From: Caldisericota bacterium | GTDB lineage: Bacteria > Caldisericota > Caldisericia > UBA6126 > JAGPKI01 | DNA length: 60,537 nucleotides | Assembly: GCA_052034135.1 (NCBI GenBank) | Contig: JBPOJC010000013.1 | Location: 1 to 60,537, forward strand | Reading direction: 5' to 3' | Shown: positions 29,371 to 37,264 of the stretch, piece by piece | Numbering within the stretch: position 1 is the first letter of the stretch | Layout: each line of letters opens with the position of its first letter | Translations under genes and position numbers: made by a program | The notes under the pieces: model-generated | What the model saw: the letters and a program-made list of their open reading frames with translations, nothing else | The model's database searches: none | What the model was told of the DNA's origin: nothing

Positions 29371-29399
29371 TTGATATAAATATACTGTTTCGTTATAAT
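29371..29399 (+). promoter_or_regulatory. sigma70-type promoter of the AbiE cassette
   Basis: TTGATA (29371-29376), 17-nt spacer, TATAAT (29394-29399), 28 nt upstream of the ATG. Confidence 0.5.
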
Positions 29400-29426
29400 G
29401 TTAAAAATAACATATTCGAGAAATAA

Positions 29427-30032
29427 ATGAAATATTTAGATTTAAGAGAAAAATTGAGGAATCAAGTTGTTTTTTCTGTAAGAGATTTGATGATTCTCGA
29501 TAGTAATTTTGATAGAAGAAGATTATATGAATGGCAGAAAAAGGGATATATCAAAAAAGTCATCAAGGGTTATTATATCTTTTCTGATTCAAATATTGAT
29601 GAATATACATTATTTCATGTTGCCAACAAGATTTATCCTCCTTCATACATATCGCTTGAATCAGCTCTTTCCTATTATAATATAATTCCTGAGATAATTC
29701 CTGCTATTACTTCTGTAACTACAAGAAAGACCAATAAATTTGAAACTGAGATTAGCTCATTCTATTACCAATCCATAAAAGAAAATCTTTTTATAGGATA
29801 CACGCTATTGAATGTTAATAATCTTGTAATAAAGATAGCCACAATAGAAAAGGCAATTATTGACTATTTTTATCTTCATAAAGAAATAAGGACAGCTCAA
29901 ATTTTTAAAGATTTACGATGGGATATGGATATAGTAACGAAAGAATTAAATAGAAGGAAATTTATGAATCTTATAAATTTATTTAACGATAATTCCTTGA
30001 AAAGAAGAATATCTTTATGTATGAATATATGA
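29427..30032 (+). CDS. abiEi: AbiEi-family antitoxin / transcriptional regulator (type IV TA)
   Basis: 201 aa. N-terminal wHTH-like VFSVRDLMILDSNFDRRRLYEWQKKGYIKKVIKGYYIF. Located immediately upstream of an AbiEii-type gene. Confidence 0.75.
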   Translation: MKYLDLREKLRNQVVFSVRDLMILDSNFDRRRLYEWQKKGYIKKVIKGYYIFSDSNIDEYTLFHVANKIYPPSYISLESALSYYNIIPEIIPAITSVTTRKTNKFETEISSFYYQSIKENLFIGYTLLNVNNLVIKIATIEKAIIDYFYLHKEIRTAQIFKDLRWDMDIVTKELNRRKFMNLINLFNDNSLKRRISLCMNI

Positions 30033-30036
30033 AGCT

Positions 30037-30804
30037 ATGCTTGATTACAGCTTAATTGCCTCCTACTTTCCTCCTGAATTAAGAGCATTCAAAAGAAACA
30101 TTTTGAGAGAGTATTTGCAATATAAAACGCTTGAAGCAATCTATAACTCAAAATACGGAAATAAATTTGTCTTCATCGGAGGAACATGCCTCCATATCGT
30201 GTATGGGAACAATCGCTTCTCAGAAGATCTTGATTTTGATGTATTTGATCTTTCAATGGAGGAGTTCGAGTCTGTTAAATTAATACTCAATAAAGCTTTT
30301 AAATTAGAAGGATTGAATGTTGAAATAGACCACAATTACGATAATATTTTTCATTTGAAACTTAAATTTACAGATATTCTTCAGAATTATGGGATAACAA
30401 AGCATAAAGAAGAAAAATTAACTTTGAAAATCGATTCAGAAGTTCAGAGTTATAAATATACAAAAAACTTCTATCTCCTGAACAGATTTGATGTTTTTAC
30501 AAATATTATTGTTGCACCAGCTCCATTATTGCTTGCGAGGAAAATAATAACTCTTTTAGAGCGAGTAAGACCGATGGGAAGAGATTTTTATGATATTATG
30601 TTTCTCTTAGGCATGACAGAACCAGATATGGATTATATTGAAAGTAAAACTGGAATAAAAGACAAAAGAATTTTGATTGAGAAATTAATACAACATTGCA
30701 GTTTATTTGATTTTGACAAATTAGCAAACGATGTAAGACCATTTCTTTATAAGCCTGAGAATTCCTTAAGGGTGAAATATTTCCTGGATTATTTAAAGCA
30801 ATAA
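30037..30804 (+). CDS. abiEii: AbiEii/AbiGii-family nucleotidyltransferase toxin (DUF1814)
   Basis: 255 aa. FIGGTCLHIVYGNNRFSEDLDFD is the family-defining NTase motif. Confidence 0.85.
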   Translation: MLDYSLIASYFPPELRAFKRNILREYLQYKTLEAIYNSKYGNKFVFIGGTCLHIVYGNNRFSEDLDFDVFDLSMEEFESVKLILNKAFKLEGLNVEIDHNYDNIFHLKLKFTDILQNYGITKHKEEKLTLKIDSEVQSYKYTKNFYLLNRFDVFTNIIVAPAPLLLARKIITLLERVRPMGRDFYDIMFLLGMTEPDMDYIESKTGIKDKRILIEKLIQHCSLFDFDKLANDVRPFLYKPENSLRVKYFLDYLKQ

Positions 30805-30850
30805 AGTGAAGAAACGAGCAGAAATCAAGAAAGTTGTAAGGACAAAAGAA

Positions 30851-31525
30851 TTCTGGATCTTCGATAAAAGAGTTCGGGGATGACAAGGAGAAATACTGAG
30901 ATTCCTCAGTACGTGTGCGAAAATACCGCACTTCGGAATGAATGTGTTGGAGCGAGGATGACACCGCTCCCCGTCACCCTGAGGAGCGCTTCTTTTAGCG
31001 ACGAAGGGTCTCCTCAAGGTCATTCCCGCGAAAGCGGGAATCCAGAGAGTTTAGAAGTATGTTTAGAAATAAGGTCTGGATCCCCGATAAAAGAGTTCGT
31101 GGATAACAAAGAAAGTAACAGACAGGAATGTCTGTTCTACGCTGAAAAGTTCGGATGAGGAGATTCTTCGCTTCGCTCAGAATGACGAAAAAGGAAAGGG
31201 AGAGTATCTTTATTTCAGCGATCGAAGGAACTCCTTCTTTTATAATACCTATCAAAACAAAAACTGGTCTGGATCCCCGATAAATACATTCGGGGATGAC
31301 AAGTTACCTTCTGGATCCCAGATAAAAGAGTTCGGGGATGACAAAAAACAAATGAGGAGATTCTTCAGGATGTGTGCAAAAAGACGCACTTCAGAATGAC
31401 TGAGAGGCGGTCATTCCCGCGAAAGCGGGAATCCAGAGAGTTTTAGAAGTATGTTTAGAAATAAGGTCGGGATCCTCGATAAAAGATTTCGAGGATAACG
31501 GGAAAAAAGAGGAGCGAGGAATAAC
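30851..31525 (+). repeat. mosaic hairpin-module repeat array R11
   Basis: Module order: B-variant, E, F, A, linker, B, C, D, G, linker, B, B, D/E, A, linker, B-variant. Confidence 0.9.
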
Positions 31526-31642
31526 GAAAATACATAGTTAGGACATGGATCGCAATAAGCACTTTTGGAATAAAAAAGAACAATGAAATGATACTATGTT
31601 TTTATGATAAACAAATTATTCAAGCAAAACTTGGCAGATATC

Positions 31643-31682
31643 AAATTATGATATACTAAATTATGATTTAGCAAATTATAAT
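31643..31682 (+). promoter_or_regulatory. three 10-bp direct repeats at exact 15-bp spacing upstream of the DUF234 ATPase
   Basis: aaattatgat at 31643 and 31658, aaattataat at 31673. The third contains TATAAT (31677-31682), 17 nt before the ATG. Confidence 0.35.
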
Positions 31683-31698
31683 TTTATAAGATGCAAAA

Positions 31699-33117
31699 AT
31701 GTTTATAGGAAGAGCAAATGAGATTAGTAAACTTAATGAATTATATGCAAGCAATAAATTCGAGTGTGTTATTATTTATGGTCGTAGACGTGTTGGAAAG
31801 ACAACTTTAATTGAAGAATTTTGCAAAGGAAAAAAATCAATCTATTTTGTAGGAATAGAGTCAACAATACAGAATAATCTTGAAAATTTAAGTAAAAGTA
31901 TTTTTTCATTAATCACTCCTAATTTGAGTCAATATCCTTATTTTGATAGATTCGACAAAGCACTTGATTATATTTATGAGAAATTTAGTGGCGAGCGAAT
32001 TATATTAATTTTGGATGAGTATCCTTACCTTGCTTCATCTGATAAGTCTGTTTCCTCAATATTACAGAATTATATAGATCACAAATTTAAAAATAGTCAG
32101 TTATTTTTAATACTCTGCGGGTCTTCAATGAGTTTTATGGAAAATCAGGTTCTGGGTTACAAAAGTCCTCTTTATGGTCGAGGTACAGCGCAATTTAAGA
32201 TAAAACCTTTTGATTATTTCGATTCTTCAAAGTTTTATAATTCCTTTTCACACGAGGATAATGCCATTATATACGGTATAACTGGTGGTATCCCACAATA
32301 TCTTGAATTATTTGATGATAAAAAGAGTTTGAAAGAGAATATTATAAATAACGTTCTTGATAAAACAGCTTATTTATTTGAAGAACCGGGTAATTTATTA
32401 AAACAGGAATTAAGAGAACCTCATATTTACAACGGAATCATAAGGGCAATTGCTAAAGGAGCTTCTAAATTGAATGAAATCGCTACAAGTGCTGGATTAG
32501 AAACAAGTGTATGTTCAGTATATATTAAATCTTTAATAGCTCTGAATATTGTAAAAAAGGAAAATCCAGTAATAGATGGAAAAATCAGGAAAAGTATTTA
32601 TCGTATTGAAGATAATTTGTATAATTTCTGGTATAGGTTTATTTCTGAAAATATCTCTTCAATAGTAATTGGAAATACCAAAACACTTTATGATAATGCA
32701 ATAGCTCCATATATTAGTGATTATATGGGAAATATTTTTGAAAAAATGTGTCGTGAGTATTTAATGCGGCTAAATTACAGTAACCTTTTACCATTTCACT
32801 TTTTATCATTAGGAAGATGGTGGGGAACTGATCCAAAGAATAAAAGGCAAATTGAGATTGACATTGTTGCAGTATCAAAATCAGAAAAGAAAGCAATATT
32901 TGCTGAATGTAAATACAAAAATGAGTTAGTTGGAATGAAAGTACTAGAATATTTAGTTGAAAAAAGTGAAACTATTGGTTATAGATTTCTAAATAAATAT
33001 TACTACTTATTCTCAAAGTCAGGGTTTACAAAAACTCTTAAACTTTATGCTTTAGAGAACACCAAAGTCAAGTTAATTAATCTGGATATGCTCTATAATT
33101 TAGAACTATCACATTAA
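31699..33117 (+). CDS. ATP-binding protein (archaeal-type ATPase domain + DUF234)
   Basis: 472 aa. FIGRANEISKL....IIYGRRRVGKTTLI (Walker A) and ILILDEYPYL (Walker B). The C-terminal part is typical of DUF234. Confidence 0.8.
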   Translation: MFIGRANEISKLNELYASNKFECVIIYGRRRVGKTTLIEEFCKGKKSIYFVGIESTIQNNLENLSKSIFSLITPNLSQYPYFDRFDKALDYIYEKFSGERIILILDEYPYLASSDKSVSSILQNYIDHKFKNSQLFLILCGSSMSFMENQVLGYKSPLYGRGTAQFKIKPFDYFDSSKFYNSFSHEDNAIIYGITGGIPQYLELFDDKKSLKENIINNVLDKTAYLFEEPGNLLKQELREPHIYNGIIRAIAKGASKLNEIATSAGLETSVCSVYIKSLIALNIVKKENPVIDGKIRKSIYRIEDNLYNFWYRFISENISSIVIGNTKTLYDNAIAPYISDYMGNIFEKMCREYLMRLNYSNLLPFHFLSLGRWWGTDPKNKRQIEIDIVAVSKSEKKAIFAECKYKNELVGMKVLEYLVEKSETIGYRFLNKYYYLFSKSGFTKTLKLYALENTKVKLINLDMLYNLELSH

Positions 33118-33134
33118 TAAGATATAGATTATAG

Positions 33135-33590
33135 ATGTTTAGCAAAAAAATTATTTCCTGGGTGGTTGTTGTATTATGGATGCTACTAATATTTAATTTA
33201 TCGTCTCAAGTTGGAGAACAATCCAATCAATTCAGTACTGGAATTACAATAATTATCGTTAGAGCAATTGAACAAGTAGTACCAGAAGCAAATATAGATA
33301 TTTCTTGCTTGAATGGAGTTATTAGAAAAATTTCTCACTTCTTGATTTATTTAGTGCTTGGATTTTTGGTTATGAACGCACTCCTAAAGGACTCTAAACC
33401 AAGAAGTAAATATTTTGTTGTTTTGGCTCTGTTCATTTGTGCACTTTATGCAATATTAGATGAAGTACATCAACTGTTTGTCCAGGGTAGAGGAGCGAAC
33501 TTAATCGATGCAATAATTGATACCTCAGGGAGCATTGTAGGGATAGGTATAAAAATGTTATTGATCCCCGATAAAAGATTTCGGGAATAA
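33135..33590 (+). CDS. VanZ-family membrane protein
   Basis: 151 aa with 4 TM segments. ISHFLIYLVLGF and DEVHQLFVQGRGANLIDAIIDTSG motifs. The last 9 codons and the stop are supplied by a B-type repeat module. Confidence 0.75.
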   Translation: MFSKKIISWVVVVLWMLLIFNLSSQVGEQSNQFSTGITIIIVRAIEQVVPEANIDISCLNGVIRKISHFLIYLVLGFLVMNALLKDSKPRSKYFVVLALFICALYAILDEVHQLFVQGRGANLIDAIIDTSGSIVGIGIKMLLIPDKRFRE

Positions 33591-34112
33591 CAAGGAGAAA
33601 AGAGGAGATTCCTCAGGACGTGTGCAAAATACGCACTTCGGAATGACAAAGGGCGGCACGGTGATTCCATCGTTACGTGCGCAACAATACCGCATTTTAA
33701 GAATGTCGAAGAAACTTCATGATTCAACAGGAGCGAGGAATCACATTGCCCGCCGTCATCCTGAGGGAGTATCTATCCATAAATCGTAAGAACTCCAACC
33801 ACCCACGTCACCCTGAGGAGCATATCTGAAAGCGACGAAGGGTCTCACACCCATCGTCTTCCTGAGGGAGCGCAAGCGACCGAAGGAACTCCTTCTTTTA
33901 TAATACCTATCAAAACAAAAACTGGTCTGGATCCCCGATAAATACATTCGGGGATGACAGTTGTGTGAATTTCGGGGATGACAAAGAAAGAACAGACAGG
34001 AATGTCTGTTCTAAACTTAAAAAATTAGATGAGGAGATTCTTCGCTTCGCTCAGAATGACGGCGGGGTGATGAGGAGATTCTTCGCTAACGCTCGGGATA
34101 ATAAAAAACGAA
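33562..34112 (+). repeat. mosaic hairpin-module repeat array R12
   Basis: Module order: B-variant, E, E-variant plus the h segment (also at 35660-35722), G-variant, F, G, linker, B, b-half, C, D, D-variant. Confidence 0.9.
34021..34112 (+). repeat. left copy of the 92-bp direct repeat flanking cassette 34137-34704
   Basis: aaaattagatgaggagattcttcgcttcgctcagaatgacggcggggtgatgaggagattcttcgctaacgctcgggataataaaaaacgaa. 89/92 identical to 34804-34895. Confidence 0.9.
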
Positions 34113-34136
34113 ATGAAAATTATTTATGTATAAAAA

Positions 34137-34165
34137 TTGCATACTGCTGCAAATTTGTGTAAAAT
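34137..34165 (+). promoter_or_regulatory. sigma70-type promoter of the third toxin-DUF2283 cassette
   Basis: aaaaTTGCAT (34137-34142), 17-nt spacer, TAAAAT (34160-34165). Confidence 0.45.
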
Positions 34166-34192
34166 TTCACCAAAAGGAGAAAGCAAAAATAT

Positions 34193-34507
34193 ATGAAATG
34201 GTTCAGGGACATTCATAATCGGCAGATTTGCTTAACAGATGAAAGGCATGAACACATTGAGGCAGACCATCCAGAAATGTTTGGGCAATTTGATAAAATC
34301 GAGCAAACTATACAGAATCCTGATATAATTGTTAGATCGAAGACAGACTCATATGTTGAGCTATTTTATAGGTATTATGATGTAACGCCTGTTAATGGAA
34401 AGTATTTATGTATTGTAGTTAAAATATCAGATGATAATATATTTATTATAACTGCATGTTTTACTGATACGATAAAGAAAGGAGAAGTGCTATGGAGAAG
34501 GAAATAA
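34193..34507 (+). CDS. small toxin-like protein (full-length paralogue of 18902..19117), partner of DUF2283
   Basis: 104 aa with His-rich ERHEHIEADHPEM. It overlaps the downstream DUF2283 gene by 16 nt, as in the other two pairs. Family not recognised with certainty. Confidence 0.55.
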   Translation: MKWFRDIHNRQICLTDERHEHIEADHPEMFGQFDKIEQTIQNPDIIVRSKTDSYVELFYRYYDVTPVNGKYLCIVVKISDDNIFIITACFTDTIKKGEVLWRRK

Positions 34508-34704
34508 AAATCTGGTATGACAAAGAAGGGGATTATCTTGAAATTCTTTTCGAGTGCAAAAAGGGATACTTCAGAGAAACAGAGAATGATGCAGTAATGG
34601 AGAAAGTAGATGAAGAGGGCAATATCATTGGATTTTCAATATTAAGAGTAAGCGAATTGAATGAGAAGCCACTCTCAATAGCTTTAAAAAGCAAATCTAT
34701 TTAA
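34492..34704 (+). CDS. DUF2283-family protein (putative antitoxin)
   Basis: 70 aa with IKIWYDKEGDYLEILFE....DEEGNIIGFSIL. Confidence 0.8.
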   Translation: MEKEIKIWYDKEGDYLEILFECKKGYFRETENDAVMEKVDEEGNIIGFSILRVSELNEKPLSIALKSKSI

Positions 34705-34760
34705 GAAAGTATTTCAGATTACACATAATTTATATTAATTGAATAAATTTTCTTATATTC

Positions 34761-34933
34761 AGAGATGACAAGAAACAGAAATTTTTGTATGTTCTACACT
34801 GAAAAAATTAGATGAGGAGATTCTTCGCTTCGCTCAGAATGACGGCGGGGTGATGAGAAGATTCCTTGCTAACGCTCGGGATAATAAAAAACGAAGAGGA
34901 TGCATCTTTGCGGCGACGAAGGATCTTTCACTC
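34761..34933 (+). repeat. mosaic hairpin-module repeat array R13 (includes right copy of the 92-bp direct repeat, 34804-34895)
   Basis: Module order: B 3' end, degenerate C, D, D-variant, G-type 3' part. Confidence 0.9.
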
Positions 34934-34958
34934 TTATTCCTCGTATTTATAGTTGATT

Positions 34959-35216
34959 CTATTGATATATATCTCTGCGGTGTCCAATATGAAGTATCGT
35001 AATTATTCTTTGTTTATCATCTATTTCATAAATTACTCTGTAATCACCAATCTTAATTCTCCAGCCATTTCGATTAGACAATTTTAAGCACCCATACGGA
35101 CGAGGTTCATCAGCAAGCTTACGGATTGTGTCTCGAATATTTTCATATATATTTTTTGGTAAATTACTCAATTCCTTTTGTGCACAGCGTAAAATATAAA
35201 TACTAAATTTTTGCAC
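34959..35216 (-). CDS. relE: RelE/ParE-family toxin
   Basis: 85 aa. NGWRIKIGDYRVIYEIDDKQRIITILHIGHRRDIY is the canonical RelE/ParE C-terminus. Confidence 0.85.
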   Translation of the reverse strand: MQKFSIYILRCAQKELSNLPKNIYENIRDTIRKLADEPRPYGCLKLSNRNGWRIKIGDYRVIYEIDDKQRIITILHIGHRRDIYQ

Positions 35217-35413
35217 TACTTTGTTTCAATTTCAGAAATCGCCTGTTCAAATGGAATTGCTTCGTCATTTGATGCCTTCGCTATATCATATGCATAAATG
35301 GATTCTAACTCTTCGAGCTCTTCAAGTAATTTAAAGTATTCCTCGATATCTAATAAGACTCCTATGCGATCACCTTTTTCGTCAGTTACATATCGCTCTT
35401 TTAATTTAATCAT
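35216..35413 (-). CDS. antitoxin partner of the RelE/ParE toxin
   Basis: 65 aa, acidic. Its stop overlaps the toxin start by 1 nt. Confidence 0.6.
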   Translation of the reverse strand: MIKLKERYVTDEKGDRIGVLLDIEEYFKLLEELEELESIYAYDIAKASNDEAIPFEQAISEIETK

Positions 35414-35659
35414 TCTCTCTTATTATACCTCTTAAAAATTTTTGATGTTTGCTTATTTATACGACTTAACAAATAAAATTATTCTTCAATATTATTTTTC
35501 ACATTTATTCTATTAAATAATCTTTAAGATGCAAGATTCTTAGCGCACACTTTGAAAGTTTATATCCTCTTTTCAAAAGAATTTTTATAAAATAAATTTA
35601 TAAAGTAAAACGCTTTCATTATTGGTATAAACATGGTGATTCTTTAGTAACAGTATGAT

Positions 35660-36308
35660 AATACCGCAATTTCACAATGTCGAAGAAACTTCATGATTCA
35701 ACAGGAGCGAGGAATGACACCACCCCTGTCACCCTGAGGAGCATCTTTCCATAGACTGTAAGAACTCCAACCACCCCTGTCACCCTGAGGAGCATCTTTC
35801 CAGCGACGAAGGGTCTCACACCCCTCGTATTCCTGAGGGAGCGCAAGCGACCGAAGGAACTCCTTTTTTTATAATACCTATCAAAACAAAAATTGGTCTG
35901 GATCCCCGATAAAAGATTTCGGGGATGACAAAGAAAGAACAGACAGAAATGTCTGTTCTACACTGAAAAGATTAGATGAGGAGATTCTTCGCTTCGCTCA
36001 GAATGACCCACCCCCGTCACCCTGAGGAGCACTCATTTTAGCGACGAAGGGTCTCCTTCTTTTATAATACCTATCAAAACAAAAATTGGTCTGGATCCCC
36101 GATAAAAGATTTCGGGGATGACAAAGAAAGAACAGACAGAAATGTCTGTTTTACACTGAAAAGATTAGATGAGGAGATTCTTCGCTCAGAATGACGGGGT
36201 GGGGGTGTTGAGATTCCTTGCTAACGCTCAGAATGACGAAAAAGAGCAGGGAGCATATTTTGCTTCGTAAGGATCTCCTTTGATATTAAAGCGATTACAG
36301 GAATCAAG
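35660..36308 (+). repeat. mosaic hairpin-module repeat array R14 with internal 193-bp tandem duplication
   Basis: Module order: h segment, F, F, G, [linker, B, C, D], F, [linker, B, C, D], D-variant, G-variant, A remnant. 35867-35995 and 36060-36188 differ at one position by eye. Confidence 0.9.
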
Positions 36309-36364
36309 ATAATAATAGAGAAATAATAAGATGTTAAGGATCAGAATGATGAATTATGTGCAGA

Positions 36365-36733
36365 TTATTGCAATATAGAATTAATATAATTGAGTAATTC
36401 TAAAAGGTCTTCATTTATTAATTGCCATATAATGTTAATTTTTAAGCCTTCGTAGTCATGAACTATTCTATTACGAAGACCTCTTACTCCTTGCCAATTT
36501 ATTTTGTCAAACTGATTAATGAAATCTGAGTCAAGTTGTTGCACTAATTCACCAATTTGGCTTAAATTAAAAATACAGGCTTCTTGTGTTTTACTATCAT
36601 TTGAAAAAGAAAGATAATCCATACCTTTTGTATAGTCAATTACTTTTTGGCAGTAACCTCGCATTTTCTCTAAAGTGATTTTAGTTTTTTCTTTCATAAA
36701 TAATAATTCCTTCATTTTTGATAATATAATCAA
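36365..36733 (-). CDS. hepT: HepT (DUF86/HEPN) toxin, apparently intact
   Basis: GVRGLRNRIVHDYEGLKINIIW carries the Rx4HxY motif. The real start is probably an internal Met (36715 or 36697) overlapping the mntA stop. Confidence 0.85.
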   Translation of the reverse strand: MIILSKMKELLFMKEKTKITLEKMRGYCQKVIDYTKGMDYLSFSNDSKTQEACIFNLSQIGELVQQLDSDFINQFDKINWQGVRGLRNRIVHDYEGLKINIIWQLINEDLLELLNYINSILQ

Positions 36734-37001
36734 TCTTAGAATTTGTTATAATCTGGTCAGTGCTAATAAGGTCTACTTCTTTATTTAATGCTTGAACTAA
36801 ATCTTCGAGAAGTGCATAATAATCAAAACCTTTTAGTTGGCCTTTACTGTCTATCACCAAATCAACATCACTGTTTGGTTCTGCCAAACCTTTAGCATAT
36901 GAGCCAAAGAGAATAACGCAATAAACTGGTAGGTTTTTAACAATATTGGCAATTTTTTCTTTTAATTCTGTAATAGAGTAAACTTTATCCTGCAGTTCCA
37001 T
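36681..37001 (-). CDS. mntA: nucleotidyltransferase antitoxin (MntA-type)
   Basis: 106 aa with LFGSYAKGLAEPNSDVDLVID. Confidence 0.85.
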   Translation of the reverse strand: MELQDKVYSITELKEKIANIVKNLPVYCVILFGSYAKGLAEPNSDVDLVIDSKGQLKGFDYYALLEDLVQALNKEVDLISTDQIITNSKIDYIIKNEGIIIYERKN

Positions 37002-37264
37002 TAAACTCCTTACATATGAATATTATTAAAAAACTGCATATTTTTATATAGTTATTAATAAAATCACAATAATTAATCTTTACTATTCTACGATAAGAAA
37101 TAGTCAAATTCAAGAATTAAATTTTACTAAAAATTGGTATGTTGTAGAGATGTATAGATATATCTGTGTGGTAATTATAAGAGAGTGACTTTTTTAGCGA
37201 TATTGGTTTTATTTTCTTACTTATTTAGCCATTTTAGGCATTAACAAAAGATATAAAAAATGAA

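Noticed and set aside
28416-31668. A shared 14-mer atactaaattatga at the PIN-like gene start (28419-28432) and upstream of the DUF234 ATPase (31653-31666), as a possible remnant of a duplicated cassette 5' end.
   Set aside because: The match is short, is in very AT-rich sequence, and is not extended by flanking similarity. Chance matches of this length are expected among all pairs of positions in a 60-kb AT-rich window.
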